A stretch of 20,567 nt of DNA from a candidate division WOR-3 bacterium (GCA_965649115.1 CBFGJN010000033.1:1-20567), one strand, 5' to 3'; shown: positions 8,007-17,972, counted from the stretch's first letter. The notes: generated by a model from the letters alone, not told the origin. Made by a program: numbers and translations.

Positions 8007-8012
8007 TATAAT
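8007..8012 (+). promoter_or_regulatory. putative -10 box of leaderless acyl-CoA ligase transcript
   Basis: ACTT-TATAAT 7 nt before ATG; no SD. Confidence 0.65.
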
Positions 8013-8019
8013 TATAGCT

Positions 8020-9681
8020 ATGACTGAAACAACCAAACCTTGGTTTAAAAAGTACGAACCAAATGTTCCATATTCCTTAAATTATGAAGAAGTTCCATTA
8101 TTTAAAATTCTTGAAGAAAGTGCTATTAAATATTCAAAAAAAACAGCAATTACATTTTATAATTATTCTATAACTTATGAAGAATTATTAAAAAAAGTTG
8201 AATCATTAAAAACTGCGCTATATGACTTAGGGATTAGAAAAGGTGATAGGGTTGCTTTAATGCTTCCAAATACTCCACACTATATTATTTCTTACTTTGC
8301 AGTTTTAAAACTTGGAGCAATTGTTGTTCAAATGAATCCATTATATTCAAAATCTGAAATAGAATTTATACTAAAAGACAGCACACCAAAAGCACTAATT
8401 ACTTTGGATTTGTTTTTAGATAAAATTCTTAAAATAAAAGATAATGTTCCAACCAAGATATTTATTATTGGTAGAATTAAAGAGTTTTTAAATTTCCCAT
8501 TAAATTTTCTTTATTCTTTAAAAACAATTTTTTCAAAAACACCTCCAATTCCAAATGATTTTCATGTTTTTTCAAGTTTATTATATACTAATCCTAAAAT
8601 TATTGATGTTCAGATAAATCCTAAGGAAGATGTTGCAGTTTTACAATACACCGGTGGAACGACTGGAAGACCAAAAGGTGCAATGCTAACCCATTTTAAT
8701 TTATATTCTAATGTAAAGCAATTAATTGCTTGGACTACTAATATAGACTATGGTAATGAGAGGACATTAATCGTAATCCCTCTTTTTCATGTTTATGCGA
8801 TGACAGTTGGTATGAATTATACGATTGCTGTTGGTGGAAATATGGTTTTACTTCCCAAATTTAATTTAAAGGAAGTAATTGAAACAATTGAAAAACATAA
8901 AATTACTAATTTTCCGGGTGTTCCTGCTATCTACAATGCAATAAATAATTATAAAGATATTGATAAACATAATTTGACGAGCATAAAACTTTGTCTTTCA
9001 GGAGCTGCTCCTTTACCTATTCAAGTTAAACAACAGTTTGAAAAAATAACAGGTGCTAAACTTATAGAAGGATACGGTTTATCGGAGGCTTCTCCTGTCA
9101 CACATGCCAATCCTATACATGGTGAAAATAGAGAAGGTTCTATTGGTCTTCCTTTACCCGATACAGATGCAAAAATTGTAGATTTAAAAACAGGCGAAGA
9201 ATTACCCCCAGGAAAAGAAGGAGAACTTATTATTAAAGGACCACAAGTAATGAAAGGCTATTGGAATAATGAAGAAGAGACAAAACAAACATTAAAAGAT
9301 GGATGGTTGTGGACTGGTGATATTGCTAAGATGGATGAAGATGGATATTTTTATATTATAGATAGGAAAAAAGATATGATAATTGTCCATGGATTTAATG
9401 TTTATCCAAGGAATGTTGAAGAAGTTTTGTATAAGCATCCAAAAATTAAGGAAGCAGCAGTAGTTGGAGTTAAGAAACCTGAAATAGCAGATGAAATTGT
9501 AAAAGCTTATGTTGTAGTTAAAGAAGGAGAGACATTAACAAAAGAAGAATTATTAAGTTATTTGAAGGAGCATTTAACTTATTATGAAATTCCAAGCGAA
9601 ATTGAATTTACAAATGAAATTCCAAAAAGTTTAATAGGAAAACCATTAAGAAGAGTTTTAAGGGAAAAGGATAGTTCTTAA
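8020..9681 (+). CDS. fadD: long-chain fatty acid--CoA ligase
   Basis: YTGGTTGRPKG AMP-binding motif, EGYGLSEASP, TGDIA, DRKKDMII, PKSLIGK. Confidence 0.92.
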   Translation: MTETTKPWFKKYEPNVPYSLNYEEVPLFKILEESAIKYSKKTAITFYNYSITYEELLKKVESLKTALYDLGIRKGDRVALMLPNTPHYIISYFAVLKLGAIVVQMNPLYSKSEIEFILKDSTPKALITLDLFLDKILKIKDNVPTKIFIIGRIKEFLNFPLNFLYSLKTIFSKTPPIPNDFHVFSSLLYTNPKIIDVQINPKEDVAVLQYTGGTTGRPKGAMLTHFNLYSNVKQLIAWTTNIDYGNERTLIVIPLFHVYAMTVGMNYTIAVGGNMVLLPKFNLKEVIETIEKHKITNFPGVPAIYNAINNYKDIDKHNLTSIKLCLSGAAPLPIQVKQQFEKITGAKLIEGYGLSEASPVTHANPIHGENREGSIGLPLPDTDAKIVDLKTGEELPPGKEGELIIKGPQVMKGYWNNEEETKQTLKDGWLWTGDIAKMDEDGYFYIIDRKKDMIIVHGFNVYPRNVEEVLYKHPKIKEAAVVGVKKPEIADEIVKAYVVVKEGETLTKEELLSYLKEHLTYYEIPSEIEFTNEIPKSLIGKPLRRVLREKDSS

Positions 9682-9711
9682 AGTTCATTTTATAAAGAGG
9701 AGGTAAAAATT

Positions 9712-11736
9712 ATGAATATATTGAAATTTTTAGATGAATTAAATGACAAACAAAGAGAAGCGGTTTTAACAACGGAAGGACCTGTTTTAGTTTTAGCGGG
9801 AGCGGGAAGTGGGAAAACAAAGGTCCTAACATATAGAGTTGCTTATATTCTTGCTAGAAAATTAGCAGATGCTGAAAATATAATAGCCTTAACATTTACT
9901 AATAAGGCAGCAGGAGAAATGAAAGAAAGAATACGAAGAATTCTTGGCAATCTTTCAAAGGATATTTGGATACATACATTTCATGCAATGTGTTTGAGAA
10001 TTTTGAAACAACATGCTGAAAAAGTCGGATATCCAAAAAATTTTGTAGTTTATGATAGGGATGATCAATTTAGAATTATTAGAAGTATAATTAAGGATAA
10101 GGATTTAAGAGCTGGTGAAGTTCTTGATATCTTAATGGAATATAAAAGTAAAAGAATAGATAGTTTAAGTTCTGAATATATGGAAATTTATAATGCTTAT
10201 CAAGAAAGGTTAAAAAAATATAGGGCTATGGATTTTGAGGACTTAATGCTAAATACCTTAGAATTATTTAACCAATATCCCGAAATTAGAGATTATTATG
10301 CTAAAAAGTTCCTTTATATTCACATTGATGAGTATCAAGATACAAATCATATTCAGTATCAACTTTTAAAAAATCTTTTAATTTATCATAATAATATATT
10401 TGCTGTTGGTGATGAAGACCAAAGTATATATTCATTTAGAGGAGCAGATTTTAGAATTATTTTAAATTTTGAAAAAGACTTCCCTAATGCGAAAATAATA
10501 TTTTTAGAACAGAATTATCGTTCAACAAAAAAAATTTTAAAATTAGCTAATAGAGTAATTAAATTTAATTATGAAAGAAGAGATAAAGTTCTATGGACAA
10601 ATAATCCAGATGGTAAAGATCCTGAGGTTTTAGAAAACTACGATGAAATTGAAGAAGCAGAAAAAATTGCTAAAATTATTGTAAGTTCAAAAAGACCATA
10701 TTCTGACTTTGCTGTTTTATTTAGAATAAATGCACTTTCAAAATCCATAGAAGAAGTATTTAATAAGTATAAAATTCCATATAATGTTATTGGTGGGGAA
10801 AAATTTTATGAAAGGAGAGAAATAAAAGATTTAATTGCTTATTTAAGATTAATTTACAATCCAAAAGATAATATATCTCTTGAAAGGGCTATAAATACAC
10901 CACCAAGAGGAATAGGTGAAACAACATTTGAAATAATAAAGAAAATAGCAGAGGAGAATAATGTATCTTATTATGAAGCATTAAAACCTGCTTTAAAGTT
11001 TATAAGTAGAAAAAAAGCTGTTGAAGGAATAATAGATTTCTTAAATATCTTTGAAAAGCTATTGAATTATTCAAAGACATTAAGTGTTAAGGAACTTGCT
11101 AAGAAAGTTATTCTTGAAACTAATTATATTGAATATATTCAAAAAAATGAAAGCACGCAATTAGCAAGAGAAAGAATGGAAAATATAGAAGAATTTGTGA
11201 ATTCTCTTGATATTTATAGTAATCTTGAAGAATTTGTTGAGGATATTTCAGTCAAAACAGAAAATGAAGCAGATTTAAAAAATAATTGTGTTTCTGTAAT
11301 GACAATACATTCAGCAAAAGGACTTGAATTTCCTGTTGTTTTTCTAATTGGATTAGAAGACGATATATTACCGCACCATTTGAGTATAGAAGAAGGAAAT
11401 TTAGAAGAAGAAAGGAGACTATTCTATGTTGCAATTACAAGAGCAAAAGAAGAATTGTACTTATCTTATTGTAAAACGAGATTTTTAAGAGGTAGAAAGG
11501 AACTTCAAATTTCAAGATTCTTAGAAGAAGTTGGCTATAAGGATGGTAAAATTATATGGGATAATATATCGGATTTAAGTTTAACTTATAGAATTGGTGA
11601 TTTGGTTAGGCATCATAAGTTTGGTATAGGAAGGGTTTTGGAAATAAAAAGAAATTTAATCACAGTTTTGTTTAATGATTATGGTGTTAAAACGTTATCT
11701 TTGGAATTTGTTAAGCTTGAAAGAGTAGTAAAGTAA
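9712..11736 (+). CDS. pcrA: UvrD/PcrA SF1 DNA helicase
   Basis: AGAGSGKT, TFTNKAA, DEYQDTN, GDEDQSIYSFRGA, TIHSAKGLEF, EEERRLFYVAITRA, C-terminal Tudor-like VRHHKFGIG; SD AGGAGG upstream. Confidence 0.95.
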   Translation: MNILKFLDELNDKQREAVLTTEGPVLVLAGAGSGKTKVLTYRVAYILARKLADAENIIALTFTNKAAGEMKERIRRILGNLSKDIWIHTFHAMCLRILKQHAEKVGYPKNFVVYDRDDQFRIIRSIIKDKDLRAGEVLDILMEYKSKRIDSLSSEYMEIYNAYQERLKKYRAMDFEDLMLNTLELFNQYPEIRDYYAKKFLYIHIDEYQDTNHIQYQLLKNLLIYHNNIFAVGDEDQSIYSFRGADFRIILNFEKDFPNAKIIFLEQNYRSTKKILKLANRVIKFNYERRDKVLWTNNPDGKDPEVLENYDEIEEAEKIAKIIVSSKRPYSDFAVLFRINALSKSIEEVFNKYKIPYNVIGGEKFYERREIKDLIAYLRLIYNPKDNISLERAINTPPRGIGETTFEIIKKIAEENNVSYYEALKPALKFISRKKAVEGIIDFLNIFEKLLNYSKTLSVKELAKKVILETNYIEYIQKNESTQLARERMENIEEFVNSLDIYSNLEEFVEDISVKTENEADLKNNCVSVMTIHSAKGLEFPVVFLIGLEDDILPHHLSIEEGNLEEERRLFYVAITRAKEELYLSYCKTRFLRGRKELQISRFLEEVGYKDGKIIWDNISDLSLTYRIGDLVRHHKFGIGRVLEIKRNLITVLFNDYGVKTLSLEFVKLERVVK

Positions 11737-11747
11737 TAGTACAATGA

Positions 11748-11873
11748 AATTTATGGGAGGGGCGAAGCCCCCAAGACCAAAAAATGGGAGCTGATAGCTT
11801 TATTTCAGCGTGAGTGAGAGAAGGCTTATTTTCAGGGTGGGTAAAATAAAGAAATAATTATAATTCTAGAATT
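11748..11873 (+). mobile_element. MITE, internal part without clear TIRs
   Basis: GGGGCGAAGCCCC, AAAATGGG, AAGGCTTATTTTCAGGGTGGG. Confidence 0.7.
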
Positions 11874-11927
11874 TCTATTAATTTGTCTAATAGATAAGAG
11901 AAAATCAACGTTTAGAATTTTCAAACT

Positions 11928-13208
11928 ATGCCAAGTTCTCCTAAATTAATTTGGCAAAATGTAATGGAAATTTTATTTGAAATATTCCCACAAAGAATTA
12001 CGAAGGATTGGTTATCATCAATAAAACCTTTAAACATTGAAGAAAAAACAATTTACCTTCAAGCACCTAATGAGTACTTTGTTGAGTGGATTGAAGAGCA
12101 TTATGGCGAACATTTAAGAAAAGCTCTTAAAAAATTTAATATAGAAAATATAAATTGGGTTTTTGATGAAAAAAAACCAACATTATTTAGAAAACCAGTT
12201 GAAACTTCAACACTTATTAAAAGTTATACCTTTGAGAATTTTATTGTTGGTAAGGAAAATGAAATTTTATATAATATAGCAATTTCAATTAGTAAAAGTT
12301 TTTCAAAAATTTATAATCCATTTTACGTTTATGGGAAAAGTGGTCTTGGAAAAACTCATATTATAAATGCTATTGGCAATAAAGCAATTGAATTAAATAG
12401 CAAGCTAAAAGTAAGATACATAACCAGTGAAGGCTTCTTTAATGAACTAATAGAAGCTATCAAAAATCAATCTACAAATGCTTTTAGAAATAAATATAGA
12501 GAAGTTGATATGTTAATTTTAGATAATTTGGATTTTATTGAAGATAAACCTACACTTCAAGAGGAAATTTTAAATATGGTTGATTATTTAATTTCAAGAA
12601 ATAAATATATTATTTTGGCAGGAATAAAGCACATAAAAAATTTAAAAATTAGAGAAGAAATAAAAAATAGGATAATTAAGGGTATTGTTATTGAAATTCA
12701 ACCACCTTCTATGGAAACAAGATATCAGATATTAAAGCTGAAAGCCAAGGAAGAAAATTTAAATGTTCAAGATGAATTATTGTGGGAAATTGCAAAAAGC
12801 AATATAATGAGTGTTAGGGAACTTGAAGGTGCAATAGCAAGGATTTCAGCATATTATAATTTCTCGGGATATGAAATAAACTATAAATTATTCAAGCATT
12901 TAATTTCAGACCTTATTTCTAACAAAAAGAATTATGATATTCCAAAAATTATTGAAGTTGTTTGTAATAAACTTTCAGTTGATGAAAATGAATTAAAAAG
13001 TCGTATAAAAGTTAAAAAATTATTGTATGCAAGATATGTTGTTATTTACATAGCAAGAAATCATTTCAGAATGCCATATACAACAATTGCAAAAGCTTTA
13101 AATAAAGACCATAGCACAATTATAAATGGTTATAATAGAGCAAGAAAATTAATTATTAAGGACAAGGAATTCCAAAAGATGGTTGAAAAAGTTGAAAAAG
13201 GATTATAA
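11928..13208 (+). CDS. dnaA: chromosomal replication initiator DnaA (divergent)
   Basis: YTFENFIVG, YNPFYVYGKSGLGKTH, VRELEGA sensor II, KDHSTII domain IV. Confidence 0.88.
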   Translation: MPSSPKLIWQNVMEILFEIFPQRITKDWLSSIKPLNIEEKTIYLQAPNEYFVEWIEEHYGEHLRKALKKFNIENINWVFDEKKPTLFRKPVETSTLIKSYTFENFIVGKENEILYNIAISISKSFSKIYNPFYVYGKSGLGKTHIINAIGNKAIELNSKLKVRYITSEGFFNELIEAIKNQSTNAFRNKYREVDMLILDNLDFIEDKPTLQEEILNMVDYLISRNKYIILAGIKHIKNLKIREEIKNRIIKGIVIEIQPPSMETRYQILKLKAKEENLNVQDELLWEIAKSNIMSVRELEGAIARISAYYNFSGYEINYKLFKHLISDLISNKKNYDIPKIIEVVCNKLSVDENELKSRIKVKKLLYARYVVIYIARNHFRMPYTTIAKALNKDHSTIINGYNRARKLIIKDKEFQKMVEKVEKGL

Positions 13209-13224
13209 GTTGAATCTCTTTATC

Positions 13225-13354
13225 TTATGGTGGGCTTTTAGGGGGCGAAACTTCCAAAGCCGAAAAATGAGCATTTTAAAGCTGTAATGATTGATTTCAG
13301 GGTAGGTGGGCAAAATATAGAAACGATTATATTTTCAGAATTAAGGGTAGAATA
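13225..13354 (+). mobile_element. MITE, degenerate copy
   Basis: GGGGGCGAAAC, AGCCGAAAAATG, TTTTAAAGC, CAGGGTAGGTGGGCAAAATATAG, CAGAATTA. Confidence 0.7.
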
Positions 13355-13374
13355 AAATTCTTTATTTCATAGGG

Positions 13375-13578
13375 TGCTTTGTTCAATAAATAATGATAAG
13401 TGATTGATTATCAATAACTTGTAAAATTTTTAAAGAAATTATTGATTTTATGGAGGAATTATTGGGGGGCTTCGCCCCCCATAGCCGAAAAATGGGAATT
13501 TACAAAGCGAAGCTTTATTTTTAGGGTGGGTGGGAAAAATAAGAAAAATAAATAATTTCAGAATTACTAAACACAGCA
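13375..13578 (+). mobile_element. MITE, complete copy
   Basis: TGCTTTGTTCAATAAAT ... TTACTAAACACAGCA; GGGGGGCTTCGCCCCCC hairpin; AGGGTGGGTGGGAAAAAT. Confidence 0.85.
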
Positions 13579-13584
13579 CCTTAC

Positions 13585-14331
13585 TTATAATTTTGAAAAA
13601 AATTTAAAAGCAAAAAACTTTAAATAATTTTTAAAACTTTTTTTAAAAAACAAATTTCGTTTTATAAAATTTCCAATTTTAATTTCTTCAAGAATTTTAA
13701 TGAATTTTTCATAATCAATTGAATAATAATGGCAAATTTCTCTAATTTTTTTAAAATCAATAAGTGTTAAAAGAATAAATATGTCCCAAAGCCAATAAAA
13801 AATTTTTTGACTACTTTTATAAAAATGTAAAACTGAAATAATAAATTGTTCTTCTATTGGAAAAGTTAATAAATTAAATTTCCATTTAATAACCCTCCTT
13901 AATAGCTTTTTATTATCAATTTCAATAAAATAAGGTGGAAATAGTTTTCTATGAATTTCAAAATTTAATAAATTTTTTGAAAAAGCCATTTCATATTCAA
14001 GTGAATTTTTAATAAATTTTGGAATTTTGTCTGAAAATTGGAAATAATAATTAAATTTCAAATCTAAAAAGAATTCTTTTAATTTTCTATAATTTTCATC
14101 AGAGACAAAAAAATCAACATCAGAAATAAATCTATAATATGGTTTTTCATAAAGTTCATAACCACTCCAAAATCCCTTATAAACAATAATTTCATCAAAG
14201 TTTTTTAAATAATTCTCAATAAATAATCTATGTGCAGTCCAAATTGCTTTTGAATAATCATAGAGTTTCCCATTTAAGATAAAATTATAATTTTCAGCTG
14301 ATTTCAAAAAGAACCTTAATTGCTCTTCCAT
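13585..14331 (-). CDS. putative nucleotidyltransferase family protein (NTP_transf_5-like)
   Basis: VYKG..., R..SDVDFFV, FEIH, WLWDI motif pattern. Confidence 0.65.
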   Translation of the reverse strand: MEEQLRFFLKSAENYNFILNGKLYDYSKAIWTAHRLFIENYLKNFDEIIVYKGFWSGYELYEKPYYRFISDVDFFVSDENYRKLKEFFLDLKFNYYFQFSDKIPKFIKNSLEYEMAFSKNLLNFEIHRKLFPPYFIEIDNKKLLRRVIKWKFNLLTFPIEEQFIISVLHFYKSSQKIFYWLWDIFILLTLIDFKKIREICHYYSIDYEKFIKILEEIKIGNFIKRNLFFKKSFKNYLKFFAFKFFSKL

Positions 14332-15322
14332 TTAAAATATCTTCAAAACCTTTTTCAAAGTCTTCAAGTTTAATTCTATGACTAATGATTGGTGTTAAAT
14401 CAATTTTTTCAATTAAATTAATTGTTTTAAACCAAGTAGAATAAATTTTCCTACCAATTATTCCATAAATCCTTAAATTTTTCATTATAAAGTAATTATT
14501 AAAATCAAATTCAAAAGGTTTTGAATAAAGTCCAAGAAGTGAAACTCTACCACCTTCAACAATTGTTTTAATAGCGCTTTTAAAACCATCAGAACTACCA
14601 GAAAATTCAAGGATAACATCAACACCTATATTATCCGTTATTTCCATTACTTTTTCATAAACATTCTCCTTATTTGGATTTATAAGATAATCTGAACCCA
14701 TAATTTTTGACATATTTAATCTATTTTCATTTATGTCCATCGTAATAACTTTATTAGCTCCACAAATTTTACAAATAGCAGTTGCCATAAGTCCAATTGG
14801 ACCACAGCCTACAATTAAAACATTTTTTGAACTAATATCTTCTGCTAAAACACTATCAACTGCATTTCCCATAGGTTCCATTAGTGGAACAAATTCTTTT
14901 TTTATATTACTAGGAATTTTAATAGCATTTCTATAAGGAATTTTTAGATAATTAGCAAATCCTCCATCTACTCCAAATCCAAGGATTTTCATATTTTTAC
15001 AAACATGGAAATTTCCAACTTTACAGTTATAACATTCATTACACCAAAAATGACTTTCAATAGCTACAAAATCTCCAATTTCCAAATTTTTTACATTTTT
15101 ACCCTTTTCAACAACAACACCTCCTATTTCATGACCAATAATTCTTGGAAATTCTTTAAATTCTTCCTTTGCCCATTCATCCCAAACATAGGCATGAACA
15201 TCACTTCCGCAAATTGAAGCAAATTTTACTTCTATTAAAACTTCATCATCATTTATTTTTGGAATATCTTTTTTAATAATTTCAAAACCTTTTCCAGGTT
15301 TAGTTTTTGCAATTGCTATCAT
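14294..15322 (-). CDS. tdh: L-threonine 3-dehydrogenase (Zn-dependent MDR family)
   Basis: ICGSDVHAYVWDEWA, GHE, ESHFWCNECYNC..G..HVC, EPMGNAV, GCGPIG, GIIGRKIYSTW. Confidence 0.88.
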   Translation of the reverse strand: MIAIAKTKPGKGFEIIKKDIPKINDDEVLIEVKFASICGSDVHAYVWDEWAKEEFKEFPRIIGHEIGGVVVEKGKNVKNLEIGDFVAIESHFWCNECYNCKVGNFHVCKNMKILGFGVDGGFANYLKIPYRNAIKIPSNIKKEFVPLMEPMGNAVDSVLAEDISSKNVLIVGCGPIGLMATAICKICGANKVITMDINENRLNMSKIMGSDYLINPNKENVYEKVMEITDNIGVDVILEFSGSSDGFKSAIKTIVEGGRVSLLGLYSKPFEFDFNNYFIMKNLRIYGIIGRKIYSTWFKTINLIEKIDLTPIISHRIKLEDFEKGFEDILNGRAIKVLFEIS

Positions 15323-16542
15323 ATTACCTCCAAAATGAATATGTCTGGATTTTCAAGGATTCTTGATAAAGTTCTTGTAAATCTCGCTGCTTCTGCTCCA
15401 TCAACTACTCTATGGTCAAATGAAAGAGATACAAACATCATGTGTCTTATTACAATTTCATCTTTATCATTTACGACAGGAACTTTTTTTATCTTATGTG
15501 TTCCAAGAATGGCAACTCTTGGATAATCTATAACAGGAAAAGCAAAAACACCTCCAATTGAACCAACATTTGTTATTGAAAATGTTCCATCTTGAAGTTC
15601 TTCTAAACTTAACTTTCCTTCTCTTGCTCTATTAGAAATATCTTCAAGTTCTTTTGCTATTTGAATAATACTTTTTTTATCAACATCTTTTATAACGGGA
15701 ACAATCAATCCATCAGGTGTATCAACAGCAACGCCAATATTGTAGTACTTTTTCAATATAATTTCTCCTTTCTCATCATCTACAATTGCATTAAAATATG
15801 GATGTTTTTTTAGAGCTGTTGCTACTGCTTTTATTATAAATGGCAAATAGGTCAATTTAACATTTTGTTCATCAGCAAGTTTTTTAAGTCTTTCTCTTAA
15901 TTTTACTATTTCCGTCATATCAATTTCATCTACATGTAATGTATGAACAGCTCTATCTTTTGATAGTCTAAGATGTTCCGCTATTTTTCTTCTTATACCT
16001 CTAATTGGAATAACTTCTTCAAGTGCCTCTTTCCTTTCAATTTTAATTTCTTTAATTTCTTCCTTAACTTCTTCTTTAATTTTATTAGCATAATTTAAGA
16101 CATCTTCTTTTGTAATTCTACCTTTTGGTCCTGTTCCTTTAATTAAACTTAAATCTATACCAAGTTCTCTTGCTAACTTTCTTACTGCGGGTGCAGCAAG
16201 TGGTCTTTCAACTTTAATTTCTCCTTTATTATCAATTGTTATTCTTTCTTCAATAATTTCTTTTTTAACATTTTCTACTTTATTTTCAATTTTTTCATCT
16301 AAACTATCTCCAATAATAATTAAGGGTGTTCCAACACTAACAACATCACCTTCTTTTACAAGAATTTTTATTACATATCCTTCATAAGGTGAAGGAAGTT
16401 CTGTATTAACTTTATCTGTAAGAACTTCAAGTAAAGGTTGTTCTCTTTTAACATAATCACCTTCTTTTACAAGAATTTTTCCAATTTCACCCTCATGGAC
16501 ACTTTCAGCAATTTCAGGCATTTTAAATTCCTTCAAAGCCAT
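15319..16542 (-). CDS. 2-oxo acid dehydrogenase E2, dihydrolipoamide acyltransferase
   Basis: Lipoyl domain EVLTDKVN, E3-binding AAPAVRKLA..GTGPKGRITKEDV, catalytic DHRVVDGA. Confidence 0.93.
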   Translation of the reverse strand: MALKEFKMPEIAESVHEGEIGKILVKEGDYVKREQPLLEVLTDKVNTELPSPYEGYVIKILVKEGDVVSVGTPLIIIGDSLDEKIENKVENVKKEIIEERITIDNKGEIKVERPLAAPAVRKLARELGIDLSLIKGTGPKGRITKEDVLNYANKIKEEVKEEIKEIKIERKEALEEVIPIRGIRRKIAEHLRLSKDRAVHTLHVDEIDMTEIVKLRERLKKLADEQNVKLTYLPFIIKAVATALKKHPYFNAIVDDEKGEIILKKYYNIGVAVDTPDGLIVPVIKDVDKKSIIQIAKELEDISNRAREGKLSLEELQDGTFSITNVGSIGGVFAFPVIDYPRVAILGTHKIKKVPVVNDKDEIVIRHMMFVSLSFDHRVVDGAEAARFTRTLSRILENPDIFILEVI

Positions 16543-16551
16543 AGTTTCAAA

Positions 16552-16557
16552 ATTTTA
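16552..16557 (-). promoter_or_regulatory. putative -10 box of leaderless E2 transcript
   Basis: GCTT-TAAAAT 9 nt before ATG on minus strand. Confidence 0.6.
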
Positions 16558-16578
16558 AAGCCTTAAAGTATTTTTTAT

Positions 16579-16742
16579 TGTTTTGTCTAAGAATTCTGAA
16601 ATGTAGATTATTTCTATTCTTTGCCCACCCACCCTATATTTAAGCCTTCGGCTTATAAATACCCGTTTAAATCTATAATTTCCTCAAAGCTTTTATAAGT
16701 TATTGATAATCAAGAATTTAACAATAGTTATTGGATAAATCA
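16579..16742 (-). mobile_element. MITE, reverse-oriented copy with internal deletion
   Basis: Ends TGTTTTGTCTAAGAA and TTATTGGATAAATCA; CCCACCCACCC, AAGCCTTCGGCTT; flanked by TTTTTTAT on both sides. Confidence 0.8.
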
Positions 16743-16751
16743 TTTTTTATT

Positions 16752-16896
16752 TGCTGTGTCCAAAAATTTTGGAAATATAATTATTTCTATATTTTACCCA
16801 CCCGCCCCAAATTCAAGCCTTCGGCTTTAAAATGCCCATTTTTATGCCTTTAAACCCCCCTAAAATCAATAGTTTTATTATTTATTGGATAAGGCT
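16752..16896 (-). mobile_element. MITE, reverse-oriented copy overlapping the 3' end of the DUF4230-like gene
   Basis: TGCTGTGTCCAAAAA ... TTTATTGGATAAGGCT; AAGCCTTCGGCTTTAAAATGCCCATT. Confidence 0.8.
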
Positions 16897-17451
16897 ATCT
16901 TTTATAATAAATTGAACATCTTTATAACCCAAGCTTTTTACAAATTTACTTAAAATTTCCTTAACTCTACCTTCTATTGTCTTTTCAATACCATCTTTTT
17001 TTGCATCTTCTAAAATCATTTTTTCACCTAATTGGATTGTTTCATTTATAAGGCTAATTTTATCACAAAAAGCTGTATTTTCTTTAAATACACTAAAATA
17101 GTTTGAATTAAATCTATATTCGGGTTTTGGAATTGTTATATAAACAACATTATCTTTAATTTTAATATCATCTTCCCTTAAATTTTCCAAATTAATATAA
17201 CCTTCAACATATCCCTTTAAAATAATTGTAATTTCACAAAAGAAGCCCTTTTTATTTTTGACAATTTTATGATAGGGCACTTGAATGACTGATAATTCTT
17301 TAATTTCTTTAACTGAAACAAGAAATAAGGATTTATTCATTTTTACAACTTCTTTTTGAAAATTATTGAAGAACACAAAAATTAATATAATTACTAAAAT
17401 TCCAATAATAGCGGTAATGTTTTTATTCTTCAAATTTTGCCTCCTTTCCAA
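16882..17451 (-). CDS. DUF4230-like membrane-anchored protein
   Basis: N-terminal TM helix; ELSV, G.V..YINLENL..DDI, ITIPKP, C-terminal L..FVKSLGY..V pattern. Confidence 0.7.
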   Translation of the reverse strand: MERRQNLKNKNITAIIGILVIILIFVFFNNFQKEVVKMNKSLFLVSVKEIKELSVIQVPYHKIVKNKKGFFCEITIILKGYVEGYINLENLREDDIKIKDNVVYITIPKPEYRFNSNYFSVFKENTAFCDKISLINETIQLGEKMILEDAKKDGIEKTIEGRVKEILSKFVKSLGYKDVQFIIKDSLIQ

Positions 17452-17941
17452 AAAGTTTTACAAAACCACTTAAAAAATTTCTTAAAAGTTGCTTTGAATG
17501 TTCTTGAATGTTCGGGTCATTTTCTAAGTTTTTTATCATAATTTTTGTGCTTTCAATAGCCATCTGAAATGCTAATCTTCTATTTTTCCCTGAACTTGGT
17601 GAAATAATAAAAATGTCTTCATCATAATTTTGAATTTGTTCTATAACATCATAACTACAAACTCTAACATTTGGTAAATTTCCAAAAATAACATAATTCC
17701 CTTCAACTCTATATTTTAAATCATTTAAACTAACACAAAATCTAACCTTTGATTTCGTTTCAATAGCAAATCTATTTTCAATCCCAAATTGCTTTGTAAA
17801 TGTAATTTCAAAGACATTTCTCGTTGTCCATTCCATTATATTGAAATTTTCAGTTTTCTTAATTTCCTCTAATTTGTCTTCTAAACTTGTTTTTTCCTTA
17901 CAAGAAACAATAAAAAAAATTATTAAAAATTTCCTCAACAA
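17423..17941 (-). CDS. hypothetical lipoprotein, possibly a distant DUF4230 paralog (TTG start)
   Basis: Lipobox-like IVSC after a short hydrophobic stretch; C-terminal LRNFLSGFVKLFG resembles the neighbouring gene. Confidence 0.55.
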   Translation of the reverse strand: MLRKFLIIFFIVSCKEKTSLEDKLEEIKKTENFNIMEWTTRNVFEITFTKQFGIENRFAIETKSKVRFCVSLNDLKYRVEGNYVIFGNLPNVRVCSYDVIEQIQNYDEDIFIISPSSGKNRRLAFQMAIESTKIMIKNLENDPNIQEHSKQLLRNFLSGFVKLFGKEAKFEE

Positions 17942-17972
17942 TAAAAATTTTAAAGGCGAAAAAAGTAATTGT

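Noticed and set aside
11252..11434. 60-aa minus-strand ORF
   Set aside because: Antisense shadow of pcrA
14733..15526. three short plus-strand ORFs
   Set aside because: Antisense to tdh and the E2 gene
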